A DNA stretch of 64,000 nt from NCBI GenBank assembly GCA_041905905.1, contig JAYRKE010000009.1, positions 70,842 through 134,841 on the forward strand, in the 5' to 3' direction. The position numbers and the translations under genes were made by a program. Below the pieces are notes generated by a model. The model saw only the letters and a list, made by a program, of their open reading frames with translations. It searched no databases and was not told where the DNA came from. The first letter of the stretch is position 1; every line of letters begins with the position of its first letter. Of the stretch, positions 37,937-47,059 are shown one piece after another. The DNA is from Afipia sp. (GTDB lineage Bacteria > Pseudomonadota > Alphaproteobacteria > Rhizobiales > Xanthobacteraceae).

Positions 37937-39424
37937 ATGGCAGAGGCAGCGGCCAGGTTTGAAGCGTTGCGGACGTCGGTCACAGCGATGCCGCACAACA
38001 TCGAGGCCGAGCAGGCCCTGCTGGGCGCGATTTTCATCAACAACGACGCGTTCTATCGGGTATCGGACTTCTTGAAATCGGATCATTTCTTCGAGCCACT
38101 GCATCGCGCGATTTTCGACGTGATGGCCAGCTTGATCGAAGCGAACAAGATCGCGAGCCCTATCACGGTCAAGACCTTTCTTCCGGCCGACTTGAATATT
38201 GGCGTGCTGTCGATCTCGCAGTATCTCGCGCGGGTCGCGGCCGAGGCCACGACCGTGATCAACGCTGTAGATTATGGCCGCTCCATCTACGACCTCGCGA
38301 TCCGTCGTGAGCTGATCAACATCGCGGACGACATCCGCGATGCGGCGTTCAATTCAGCCGTTGACTCCGCGCCGCGCGAGCAAATCGAGCATGCAGAGCA
38401 GCGTCTCTACGAGGTCGCAGAAACAGGGCGGTTCGGCAGCGGTTTCGAGACATTTGATGCGGCCTTGACGCAAGCGATCGACAAAGCCGCTCTCGCCTAT
38501 CAAAGCGACGGGAATCTCTCGGGGCTGCCGACAGGTCTCAAAGACCTCGACACAATGATGGGAGGGCTCCAGCCGTCGGACCTCATCATCATCGCCGGCC
38601 GACCCGGCATGGGCAAGACGTCGCTCGCAACGAACATCGCCTACAACGTCGCAAGAGCTTACCAAGCGCCCGATGCGAGCACGCATTCTCCGCAAAACCA
38701 TTCCGGCGGCATTGTTGCCTTTTTCTCGCTTGAGATGTCATCCGAGCAGCTTGCGACGCGGGTCATTGCTGAGCAGTCGGAGATCTCGTCTTCAAGCATC
38801 CGGCGTGGCAAGATCTCCGAAGGCGATTTTGATACGCTTATTCGGCGCCGGCAGGACATTCGGCGCATACCATTGTTTATCGACCAGACGGGAGCGCTGA
38901 CGGTCGGCCAAGTGGCCGCACGCGCGCGGCGGCTGAAACGACAGCGCGGTCTCGACCTGATCGTCGTCGATTACATCCAGCTTATGCAGGGCGCGACTCA
39001 GCGGGCCGCACAGAATCGCGTGCTTGAGCTGACCGAGATCACGACCGGCCTGAAGGCTCTGGCCAAGGAACTCGACGTCCCGATCGTCGCGTTGTCGCAA
39101 TTGTCGCGAAACGTCGAGAACCGGGAAGAGAAGCGCCCGCAGTTGTCGGACCTGCGCGAATCCGGTTCGATCGAGCAAGACGCCGACGTCGTATTGTTTG
39201 TATTTCGCGAAGAATACTACCTCAAGAATCGAGAGCCGATGGCCGGTACCGAAGCTCACCTCAAATGGCAGGCGGAGCTTGAGGCATCGCGTGGAAAGGC
39301 TGAGATCATCATCGGCAAGCAGCGGCATGGCCCGACAGGGGCCGTGAACCTGTCGTTTCAGGGCGAGTTCACGCGATTTGCCGATCTCGCTGACGCGAAC
39401 CGGGTCCCAGTTCGGTCCCTGTGA
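37937..39424 (+). CDS. dnaB: Replicative DNA helicase DnaB (extra, plasmid-borne copy)
   Basis: PHNIEAEQALLG, IAGRPGMGKTS, FFSLEMS, VDYIQLM, LSQLSR, SDLRESGSIEQDAD, KQRHGPTG; full length at 495 aa. Confidence 0.95.
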   Translation: MAEAAARFEALRTSVTAMPHNIEAEQALLGAIFINNDAFYRVSDFLKSDHFFEPLHRAIFDVMASLIEANKIASPITVKTFLPADLNIGVLSISQYLARVAAEATTVINAVDYGRSIYDLAIRRELINIADDIRDAAFNSAVDSAPREQIEHAEQRLYEVAETGRFGSGFETFDAALTQAIDKAALAYQSDGNLSGLPTGLKDLDTMMGGLQPSDLIIIAGRPGMGKTSLATNIAYNVARAYQAPDASTHSPQNHSGGIVAFFSLEMSSEQLATRVIAEQSEISSSSIRRGKISEGDFDTLIRRRQDIRRIPLFIDQTGALTVGQVAARARRLKRQRGLDLIVVDYIQLMQGATQRAAQNRVLELTEITTGLKALAKELDVPIVALSQLSRNVENREEKRPQLSDLRESGSIEQDADVVLFVFREEYYLKNREPMAGTEAHLKWQAELEASRGKAEIIIGKQRHGPTGAVNLSFQGEFTRFADLADANRVPVRSL

Positions 39425-39447
39425 CGGCCGCGAGGGCCACGATCTCC

Positions 39448-39490
39448 GGACAGAATGCGGGACAAATGGGACAATCTGGACAAACGGACC
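39448..39490 (+). repeat. Five GGAC(A/C) direct repeats, mostly 9-bp period
   Basis: GGACAG 39448, GGACAAA 39460, GGACAAT 39469, GGACAAA 39478, GGACC 39486, upstream of the Xre/MbcA antitoxin. Confidence 0.65.
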
Positions 39491-39531
39491 ATCACGGGCT
39501 ATATTTCGGCATGACCCGAAGGAGCAACCCG

Positions 39532-40248
39532 ATGACGACCCGTCACACCGGCCAGGCCCGCCGATCCAATGTCGCAAGCCGCGTTGCGACGACGGTTCGC
39601 GATGCGCTGAAGAGCGAGCCGCGGCTGAAGCGGAGTGCCGTCGCGCTGTCGGCCCGGATCGCCGGCACGGCGGCCGCAGCCGTCGCGGACCTGCCCGAGG
39701 AAGCCCGCGCGACCTTGACGCGGCGCGAGCCGGAACTCATCACGCGCATCCGCGGCCTCGTCGAGGCCTTCGGTGAAACCGCCCGCCCTGCCCACATCGC
39801 GCTCGATTTTGGCCGCGAGGTCGAACCGCGCAAGGGTGCCGGCGTCGGCACGGTTGTCAGCGAGGCCGAGGGCGATGCGGCGCTCCACGAACTCGCGGTA
39901 GCGCGACGTCTTGAAGATTGGGCGGGCGAGGTTGCGGGCGCCAGCGCGTTACTGCGCGACTATGGGATCGCGCGTTCGAGCCTCCACCGCTGGCAACAGA
40001 ACGGCGATGTGATCGCCCTCCTGAAGGGCGCCAAGAAGCACGTCTTTCCGGTTGACCAGTTCATCGACAGCCGACCGGCCAAGGGGATTTCAGACGTGAT
40101 GGCGATCATCACCGATCCGCGCGTAGCCTGGCTCTGGCTCAGCCGCGCCAATCCCGTGCTTGGCGGCCGAAAGCCCATCGATCTGCTCAAGCGCGATCGT
40201 GTATCGGAGGTCGTCGAGGCCGCGCGTGACTATTTCACGCAACCATGA
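39532..40248 (+). CDS. Xre/MbcA/ParS-type antitoxin with HTH and long N-terminus
   Basis: GAAGGAG RBS; HTH-like RDYGIARSSLHRWQQNG; C-terminal PRVAWLWLSRANPVLGGRKPIDLL typical of MbcA/ParS toxin-binding domains. Confidence 0.8.
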   Translation: MTTRHTGQARRSNVASRVATTVRDALKSEPRLKRSAVALSARIAGTAAAAVADLPEEARATLTRREPELITRIRGLVEAFGETARPAHIALDFGREVEPRKGAGVGTVVSEAEGDAALHELAVARRLEDWAGEVAGASALLRDYGIARSSLHRWQQNGDVIALLKGAKKHVFPVDQFIDSRPAKGISDVMAIITDPRVAWLWLSRANPVLGGRKPIDLLKRDRVSEVVEAARDYFTQP

Positions 40249-40841
40249 GGCTCGACCAAGACGTTCTGCAGCGGCTGGCCGTGCGGATCGATGTCACGGA
40301 CTATGTTCGCGTCATCGATAACGCACACCGCGCGACACCGCTCGGCATGGGCGTCGGGCGCACGCGCTTCTCCAGCCCTGCCGACTCGTTCAAGCTGCTG
40401 TATCTCGCGCAGGACACTCGCACGGCCATCGCCGAGCGCATCGTGCGTGATCGTTTCCAAGGCAAAGCGCGGCGTGAACTGTTCGCGCAGGAGCTTCGCA
40501 GATTCTCTATCTTTGCAGTGAATAGTGTTGAGCCACTTTCGCTGATCGACTTGCGGCACGAGGGCGCAAGCCTCTTGGTCGCGCCGACCGATGCCGTCCG
40601 GGGCCGTGCCCATCAAGCCGGACGCGCCTTGAGCCAGCAGCTCTATGATCAGACGTCGGCCGATGGCGTTGTCTACATGTCGCGCATTACCAACCGTGAA
40701 TGCGTAGCCGTCTACGACCGCGCCGTCGTCGCGAAGCTCGCTGTCAAAGCTCCGGTGATGTCGCTTATTCGCTTGGCGTCACTGCCGGCGGACATACGGG
40801 CCTTGCATATTGCAGTCCTGGATGACAGCGATTACGGTTGA
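40245..40841 (+). CDS. RES domain toxin
   Basis: TRFSS, LYLAQDTRTAIAE, GVVYMSR, ECVAVYDR (R-E-S triad); ATGA coupling to the antitoxin. Confidence 0.88.
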   Translation: MRLDQDVLQRLAVRIDVTDYVRVIDNAHRATPLGMGVGRTRFSSPADSFKLLYLAQDTRTAIAERIVRDRFQGKARRELFAQELRRFSIFAVNSVEPLSLIDLRHEGASLLVAPTDAVRGRAHQAGRALSQQLYDQTSADGVVYMSRITNRECVAVYDRAVVAKLAVKAPVMSLIRLASLPADIRALHIAVLDDSDYG

Positions 40842-40853
40842 AGATCAGGCATC

Positions 40854-41306
40854 TCAAGCCGCGCGGCTTATCTGACGAAGCGCCTCTGCGTACCAATCGA
40901 TCTCGGCATGGCAGTGCGCCCAGTTCGCAGCCTTCTTCGGATGTGATGCAATCCACGACTTCAACGCCTCAAAGGCCGCAGATTTCAGAAGGTGTGGATA
41001 CGGAGGTGGTGCGTCTGGCCGCACCGGCAGACCAAAGCGACGAGAGAGGCGCTGCACATCGCCTCGTGAAAAGCCCGCGAGAGAAATCCTTTCCAATGGC
41101 GGCGCGCCTTCGCAAACCCACCATCCTTCAGACTCGAGCTCCGCGCGCTCTGATTGATAGAAAATCGCCGACGCGCCGAGTGGTGCGGTATGACGTTGCG
41201 GCTTTCCGATCGGCCGCGCGCTGATCAGCGGCCCCGCGCTCCCGAGTTCGCCCCGAAACACGATGTCGTTGATCACGATCTGGAAGAAGGTGAGGTCGCT
41301 CGCCAT
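40854..41306 (-). CDS. Hypothetical protein
   Basis: About 150-aa open frame with globular composition (GWWVCEG, WAHCH), convergent on RES; no family recognised. Confidence 0.45.
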   Translation of the reverse strand: MASDLTFFQIVINDIVFRGELGSAGPLISARPIGKPQRHTAPLGASAIFYQSERAELESEGWWVCEGAPPLERISLAGFSRGDVQRLSRRFGLPVRPDAPPPYPHLLKSAAFEALKSWIASHPKKAANWAHCHAEIDWYAEALRQISRAA

Positions 41307-41458
41307 CGCCAAGGGCCACAATCCGAATCAGATGAATCGTAACATGCAGAACCGGCGTCGCGGGTGGGGGCGCATGGTGTAGTGTTGCCGCAGATCAAGG
41401 TATTGCGGATCGCGACCATCGATCCTCAGACGCCGAATGATGAGGCGAGGGCAGATCA

Positions 41459-42010
41459 GTGACAGGGACTGAACAGCGTGCGGGACGGTTGCTCACCATT
41501 CTTGTGGTCGCGACCGCGTGGGCCGGATTTCTGATCGGCGTGTCGTTTCTTGCCACGCCCGTCAAGTTCATGGCGCCCAGCCTCATTCTGCCAGTGGCGC
41601 TCGATGTTGGCCGCCAGACCTTTCATGTCTTCAATCGCTGCGAAATTGCTCTTGCGGTCGCGATGTTGCTTCTCGTGATTTGGGGCCTGCGCTCGAGAAT
41701 CCCGATAGGGCTCGCGGCGATCCTCATGCTCCTCGTCGTGATGCAAACGCTCTGGATGCTGCCGGCGCTTGATGCGCGCGTGGAAGCGATCCTGAAAGGC
41801 GGGACACCCGCGCCATCACCGCTCCATACCGCCTACATCGCTGTCGAATGCGCGAAGCTCGCGTTGCTTGTCGCCATCGCAAGGCGTCACCGCGAGGAGA
41901 ATCTTGCGCCCCGGTGTTCGGTGAGACGGCAGGTTGCACCTCAAACCAGCAAACTGCCCTTACGAACGCAAGGTCCGCTTCTTCAGTTTCGAACCTTTCA
42001 AATTCTCTAG
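41459..42010 (+). CDS. DUF4149-like membrane protein
   Basis: WAGFLIGVSFLATPVKFMAPSL, LDVGRQTFHVFNRCE, LPALDAR, LHTAYIAVE. Confidence 0.75.
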   Translation: MTGTEQRAGRLLTILVVATAWAGFLIGVSFLATPVKFMAPSLILPVALDVGRQTFHVFNRCEIALAVAMLLLVIWGLRSRIPIGLAAILMLLVVMQTLWMLPALDARVEAILKGGTPAPSPLHTAYIAVECAKLALLVAIARRHREENLAPRCSVRRQVAPQTSKLPLRTQGPLLQFRTFQIL

Positions 42011-42147
42011 TAGATGCAACGCCTTGATGGGCGTTGCCTGGCGCGCTATCTGTTGTCATCGCTCCCGTCGATAGCTAGGCCGCGCATCGCATCAAACGCC
42101 GTCCAAGCCACACCCTGCTTGCGGATGAGCGAAGGATGCAGACAACC

Positions 42148-42453
42148 ATGTCGCACGAGCTTGACATCGAAGCCGCCCGTCTCGAATTGCATCGCGCCGT
42201 TATGACGGCGTTCTGCAACACGCTTCATGCCAGCCGACTTCCGCCAATGACTGTCATGGCTCTGACGGCGGCGGCCGTCGGGTCGATATATAGGGAGATC
42301 GCTGACGAACATCGTCGTGACGACCAATGCCCCTGCGGTTGGAAGCCAGCGACGAGCGCCGATGTCGAAGCGCTGCAGTCTGCACTCGCCACCACAGCCG
42401 ACGCCCGTCCGATCGCGGACCTCGGCGTCGTGCAAGTCGCAGGGCGAGCATGA
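42148..42453 (+). CDS. Conserved-looking hypothetical protein
   Basis: GAAGGA RBS; CPCGWKP motif; ATGA coupling to the downstream tonB. Confidence 0.6.
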   Translation: MSHELDIEAARLELHRAVMTAFCNTLHASRLPPMTVMALTAAAVGSIYREIADEHRRDDQCPCGWKPATSADVEALQSALATTADARPIADLGVVQVAGRA

Positions 42454-43253
42454 TGCAGAGTCCGACCGGCACAGCGATGAGCGGTTGGATACGACGCACC
42501 GTCGAGCGAGGCGTTCCGGCTGCGGCCGCTGTGACAGGGCATATCGCGATATTGCTAGCACTCGCCTTCGTCGGACCGGGCGATGTTATCATCAGTGAAC
42601 TGCCAGCGGCGATTGCGGTCGAGATTGTCCTCGCTCCGCCGAGCAATGCGGCAGCCAGTCTTGCGGTTCCCGAGACAGTGCTCGACGCCGTGGCCGTGAC
42701 TCCGTCGGAGGCACGCGAAGACGAGGTGGTCGATGATCCCGAGCAGCGTGAGCCGCATAGCGCGCCCGTCACAGCAGCCGCTCCCAACATCATTCCGCCG
42801 GCGCCGCCAAAGCGCACAGCCGCGAAAACGACCGCGGCGCGCAGTGCGCCGCCAGCAAAACGACCGGCCCTCCCGGTGGCCGCTCCGATCGTCGCATCGA
42901 CTGGCGCATCGGACGGTCCTGCGGGCGGATCGACGGGAAGTGTGGGAACGAGTGTGTCGCCCGCTGACGTGCCCTCGATCTGAAAGGCACGCCTTATGTC
43001 GCACCTCGAGCGCTTCAAGCGTTATCCGGATGCTGCGCGCGCAAGCCGCGCCCAGGGAACTGCATTGCTGAGCTTCGGCATGGATCGCAACGGCCAAGTG
43101 CTCGGATATGCCCTGGTGCGTTCGTCCGGGTATCCCGAACTTGATGAAGAGGTGCTCGCGATGATCGAACGTGCTTCGCCTCTGCCGCCTGCGCCACCCG
43201 AGCTTGGACCGGACGTCGTACAACTCGTCGTCCCTGTGCGCTTTCGGTTGTAG
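42450..43253 (+). pseudogene. tonB: TonB family energy transducer interrupted by a nonsense codon
   Basis: TM with His (GHIAILLAL), Pro-rich linker, in-frame TGA at 42981-42983 (PSI*KARLMSHLERFKRYP, expected W), then the TonB C-domain RSSGYPELDEE. Confidence 0.82.
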
Positions 43254-43329
43254 CAGCGGCGCGAGGGAGATCTATCTAAGAGGCAACGGCGATTTCCGCC
43301 ATCGTCCTCTCAAGATCCGGAGGTGAAGA

Positions 43330-43821
43330 ATGATCCGGAAGATTAGCATCACGGCCGCTCTTGCTGGCATCCTCCTCGTGCCTGCATCGAGCCTCGCCGG
43401 CGTCAATGTCCGATTCATCAATTCCGAGCGCTATTCCGATGCTGGCGCGCGTGACGGTACGCTGGCCGCACTGCGCTCGCACCTTCAGCGCCTCGGCGAG
43501 CGCTTTCTCGCGCCCGGCCAAACGCTCACTGTCGACATTCTGGATGTCGATCTCGCTGGTCAGTATGAACCCTGGCGCCGCAATCTCGCAGATGTGCGTA
43601 TCCTGCGCGATGTCACCCCGCCGCGTATCAAACTGCGCTACGTGCTCACCGAGAGAGGCAAGCGCAGCCGAAGCGGCGAAGACAATTTGACAGACATCAA
43701 CTATCAGATGAACCCGTCCGCCCGCTCCTCCAGCGACCGACTCGTCTACGAGAAGGCGCTTCTCGACGATTGGTTCAGACGAAACTTCGCCGATCGCGGC
43801 GTGTCCCGAGGCCCGTCTTGA
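43330..43821 (+). CDS. DUF3016 family exported protein
   Basis: Signal peptide; VRFINSERYSD, VDILDVDLAG, PPRIKLRY, LVYEKALLDDWF. Confidence 0.8.
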   Translation: MIRKISITAALAGILLVPASSLAGVNVRFINSERYSDAGARDGTLAALRSHLQRLGERFLAPGQTLTVDILDVDLAGQYEPWRRNLADVRILRDVTPPRIKLRYVLTERGKRSRSGEDNLTDINYQMNPSARSSSDRLVYEKALLDDWFRRNFADRGVSRGPS

Positions 43822-44787
43822 GCGCCGCCGGCGACGATACGATCGTAAGCGCCGCGGGGCTCGAAGCCTGCATCGGCAAGACGCCAGGCGCCATGAACCT
43901 GAAAGTCGTCGATCACCTCGACGCAGGCGCCCGGAAGTGGCTCGCTGCGTCGCCATTGATGTTCGCAGCGTTCGCGTCGCAGGACGACATCGTCATTCGC
44001 CTCGGCGGCGGCGTGCGGGATTTCGTCCATGTCGTGAGCGAAGGCCGCTTGCGGATTCCTACGATGATGATCGACGACCTCGTCTCCGTCCATGTTGGTG
44101 ATGGCTTCGGCTCGCTGTTCCTGATCCCGACGATCGGCGAGACGCTTCGCGTGAACGGGCGCGTCGCCGCCATCGACGGCGAAGCGGTCGAGATCGCAAT
44201 TGAGGAATGCTACATCCATTGCGCCAAGGCGCTGATCCGGTCGGAGTTCTGGAAAGCACAGCCCGGAGCTGATGTACCGCAGGATGTGACGACCTTCCTT
44301 GGCGCGTGCCGGTTCATCGCTCTAGCGACTGCCGATGCGCAGCAGCATGCCGACGTCAGCCCCAAGGGCGATCCTGCCGGCAGGCTTCTTCGCTGCGAAG
44401 ATAAAGCGGCCGTGTTCGCGGATCGTCCCGGCAATCGTCGCGTTAATCCCGGGCGCACACCGTGTCGCGTATTTTAGTGGCGACGCCAGCCTCTCAACAA
44501 ACGACCGCGTGCGCGAGAGCTTCACCGTGCAGGGGAAGATGCCGCTTCTCACCGCACGAATTGGGATGGATCGCATCGACATCGTGGACAGTCCCATTCT
44601 GGCGCGGGCGAGGCTCTGGCCGGCGGCGGCGCCCGGCGAGCCGATCGACCCGGCGGCAATTCTCGTCGGTCACGTCAAGCTCAGCAAGGAACGAGGGATT
44701 CAGGCGAGCCTCGTGCGCAGCGCGGTTTCCGTTCCCGGCATCATGCGCAAGGGATTGCAGCACGACTACAAGACCAATCTGTATTGA
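43818..44787 (+). pseudogene. Pyridoxamine 5'-phosphate oxidase-like FMN-binding protein, frameshifted
   Basis: FLIPTIGETLRVNG, EECYIHCAKALIRSEFW, DVSPKGDP, DRPGNRR; a break near 44442 continues in another frame to DYKTNLY. Confidence 0.75.
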
Positions 44788-44836
44788 CGGAGAGGTCGTC
44801 CGACCGCCCCATCTGAAGTGTTGTATGTCCGCGGGC

Positions 44837-45064
44837 CTACCCGGCGCCGGCGCCGACGCGGCGCAACAGAGCATCGACTTCCTGGAGGCCGAATTCGCTC
44901 TCTCCAGGCGACCGCCTTCCCTCATCGTCGGCGATTTCGGAGGCCACCTTCCAGGCTGCGGTTCGCTCACGGCGCAGCGCCTGAAGGCCTCTGATGAGCA
45001 ACCTTCGCTCAGTCGCTCCGACGAACGCCCTCAGATCAATCGTCGTATCGTCCATGTTCGCCAC
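44837..45064 (-). CDS. Small hypothetical protein
   Basis: GGAGGAG RBS; ERRLLIRGLQALRRER helical motif. Confidence 0.5.
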   Translation of the reverse strand: MANMDDTTIDLRAFVGATERRLLIRGLQALRRERTAAWKVASEIADDEGRRSPGESEFGLQEVDALLRRVGAGAG

Positions 45065-45102
45065 TCCTCCGCCGTCGGCGTTCTCCGCCCGTTTGCCGTT
45101 TC

Positions 45103-45390
45103 CTATTTTCTCTTTGCCGCGAAGAACTCGACATACATGCGCATCGGCGTACTTGCCGGCGCAACTTCGTGCAACTGCCCGGGCTGAACGACGCCTGGCT
45201 TTCCCGGCTCCAGCACTGTCTCGCTCGGCGGCTCGTAGATCCGATAGGTCAACTTGCCTTCGAGAACGTGGATCAGCGCCCAGGTTCCCGCCTTGGTGCT
45301 GTGTTGCTTTCGGAGCGCCGCCGGTAGCGTGTCCTGATTGAACTCCGGCGAGCGGCTGTAGGCCTCGACGTTCTCAGGAAGATCGTTCAT
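45103..45390 (-). CDS. DUF1971 cupin (TehB N-terminal-like)
   Basis: YSRSPEFNQDTLPAALRKQHSTKAGTWALIHVLEGKL, HEV, VEFF. Confidence 0.85.
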   Translation of the reverse strand: MNDLPENVEAYSRSPEFNQDTLPAALRKQHSTKAGTWALIHVLEGKLTYRIYEPPSETVLEPGKPGVVQPGQLHEVAPASTPMRMYVEFFAAKRK

Positions 45391-45408
45391 GCGTTCATTG
45401 TCCCGACG

Positions 45409-45945
45409 CTAGAATAAATACCGTTCGTCGGCCCAGCGCAGCAGCACCCAGGCGTCATTGTCGGGAAGGCGTACGCGGCCAGCACGTAGCCCCTCAGCAA
45501 TTGCGTCGCCGACTTCGGGCGAGACGCGGTTGCCATGCGTCATCAAAAAAAACCATCCGAACGGAAGGCGCACCTCCCGATCGATCGCCTCGATGCGATC
45601 CATGAGGATATGCACGGAAGCATCACCTGCTTCCAAACGCTCTTCCGGCAGATGCAGCGGTCGAGGAATGAACGCGAGCTCACGTTCGCCCTTGTGTTCG
45701 AAGTCGCGGATGTCGAGCGCCCAATGCTCGTAAACGCGACTCGCTCGCGCGCTTGACTCCTCCCAGTCCTGAAAGAACCGGACCTCGCGCCGGGTGAAAT
45801 CGAAGAAGTCCGGCTGCAAATCGAGAAATGGCGTCCGCGTGCCGTCGGAGCCGACCCAGGCGCTTCGTTCCAACTCCGGCCGTCGCGCCTCCCGCTTGTC
45901 GCGCTCGAGACGCGCGCATCGCGCGAGGAAGCTGCGGACATGCAC
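45409..45945 (-). CDS. Hypothetical protein, probably 5'-truncated
   Basis: [12 protein letters not shown]...HWALDI...FIPRP...[11 protein letters not shown]; begins exactly at the abiEii truncation junction. Confidence 0.55.
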   Translation of the reverse strand: MHVRSFLARCARLERDKREARRPELERSAWVGSDGTRTPFLDLQPDFFDFTRREVRFFQDWEESSARASRVYEHWALDIRDFEHKGERELAFIPRPLHLPEERLEAGDASVHILMDRIEAIDREVRLPFGWFFLMTHGNRVSPEVGDAIAEGLRAGRVRLPDNDAWVLLRWADERYLF

Positions 45946-45947
45946 GA

Positions 45948-46202
45948 CACCGTGACGTCGATGTCTTCGGAAAAGCGTTCGATCAGCCCATGCGCCTTCG
46001 ACAGAGACGTGCCGCCCTTGAACAGCAGACGCGGCCCTGCGGCTGGCCGCTCATGATAGAGGGCGTTGAGTGTCCAACAGACCCAGAAGTCCTTCTCGAC
46101 GTTTCCGATCGGCGTCCCGAGCCGGTTGGCCGTCGTTAGGAAGAGGTCGAGCCTCTCGTTCGCTGGCGCGAGGATGATCTCGTTATAGGCGACACTGCTC
46201 AT
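45948..46202 (-). pseudogene. abiEii: AbiEii nucleotidyltransferase toxin, truncated after about 85 aa
   Basis: [38 protein letters not shown], then homology is lost. Confidence 0.88.
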
Positions 46203-46870
46203 GCGTGAGTCTCTGGCACAGCGTCGGCGGGTCCGAGTAAAGGTCTGAGAAAATCCTGCATCCAAATCGGCATTGCCGACAGGCCTGCGCGAAGATCGTC
46301 GCAGATATCCTTTCCATGCTCGGGATTTTTGAACAGTCTGTTGAGGCCGTTCTTTATGGCCTCCCGATCGTTATCCCCCTCCATCATGTCTTGCATCCAA
46401 TAAAGCGCTTGAACGACCCGCATGCCCGGACGTCCAGCCCAATAGAGACGGCTCGGCGCGGCCGCCTTGAAATGGATGACCTGCTGTCCGAGCTTGATTG
46501 GTTTGAGGCGGGCGTCGACGAGAACTTCAATGCGCGCCGGCACGGCTGTGGTGAGGCCAAGATCGTTCGCGGCCGTCATTCCATCGACCACGATGCGAAC
46601 CTGGTCGCGACGCGCCACAGCTCTGATCACGGCGCGATAGTCGGGGACCCCCACCTTGCCCATGAGTTTGCTCATTCGCGGCCGGTCGTAGAGTCCACGA
46701 TCGATACGGCGTAACTCGCCAGCCGCGACCAAGCGCTGCAGCGTCTTGTCGACGGCCGCACGATTGCCGAGATCGGCGAAATCGCTCGGAGTCCATACCT
46801 CTCCTGGAGGTGCCCCGTTGATACGGGCGAGGAGTCGCGGCCGGAGGTCTGTGGTCGGCTTATCAAGCAT
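46199..46870 (-). CDS. abiEi: AbiEi-type (DUF6088-like) type IV antitoxin
   Basis: [50 protein letters not shown]; ATGA overlap with abiEii. Confidence 0.85.
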   Translation of the reverse strand: MLDKPTTDLRPRLLARINGAPPGEVWTPSDFADLGNRAAVDKTLQRLVAAGELRRIDRGLYDRPRMSKLMGKVGVPDYRAVIRAVARRDQVRIVVDGMTAANDLGLTTAVPARIEVLVDARLKPIKLGQQVIHFKAAAPSRLYWAGRPGMRVVQALYWMQDMMEGDNDREAIKNGLNRLFKNPEHGKDICDDLRAGLSAMPIWMQDFLRPLLGPADAVPETHA

Positions 46871-46938
46871 GTCCGAAATATGATGCAATTTTCGGACATT
46901 AGCAAGAGGTGTCCGAACGATACTGCATTTTTCGGACA
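46870..46938. promoter_or_regulatory. Two identical-arm operators TGTCCGAA-N13-TTCGGACA
   Basis: Copies at 46870-46898 and 46910-46938, 40 bp apart, directly at the abiEi start. AbiEi is known to autorepress through two inverted repeats. Confidence 0.75.
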
Positions 46939-47015
46939 TCATCTTTCCTTCCCGTTCTCTGATCGAACCCCGCAGAGCGATTCCGACGAGTCCGATTGAC
47001 TCTCGTGTGTGATGA

Positions 47016-47030
47016 GAACGAACATAGAAC
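47016..47030 (+). promoter_or_regulatory. Alphaproteobacterial LexA (SOS) box
   Basis: GAAC-GAACATA-GAAC (GAAC-N7-GAAC) about 30 bp upstream of imuA. Confidence 0.8.
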
Positions 47031-47059
47031 ATACTCAATGCGGAAATGTTGCAAAGGAC

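Noticed and set aside
38641-38710. Intein or insertion in DnaB (YQAPDASTHSPQNHSGG)
   Set aside because: This short variable loop is usual in alphaproteobacterial DnaB; there are no intein C/S...HN termini and the protein length is normal.
42981-42983. Programmed readthrough or selenocysteine at the tonB TGA
   Set aside because: The context predicts Trp (TGG to TGA), no SECIS-like hairpin was evident, and neighbouring genes are also decayed.
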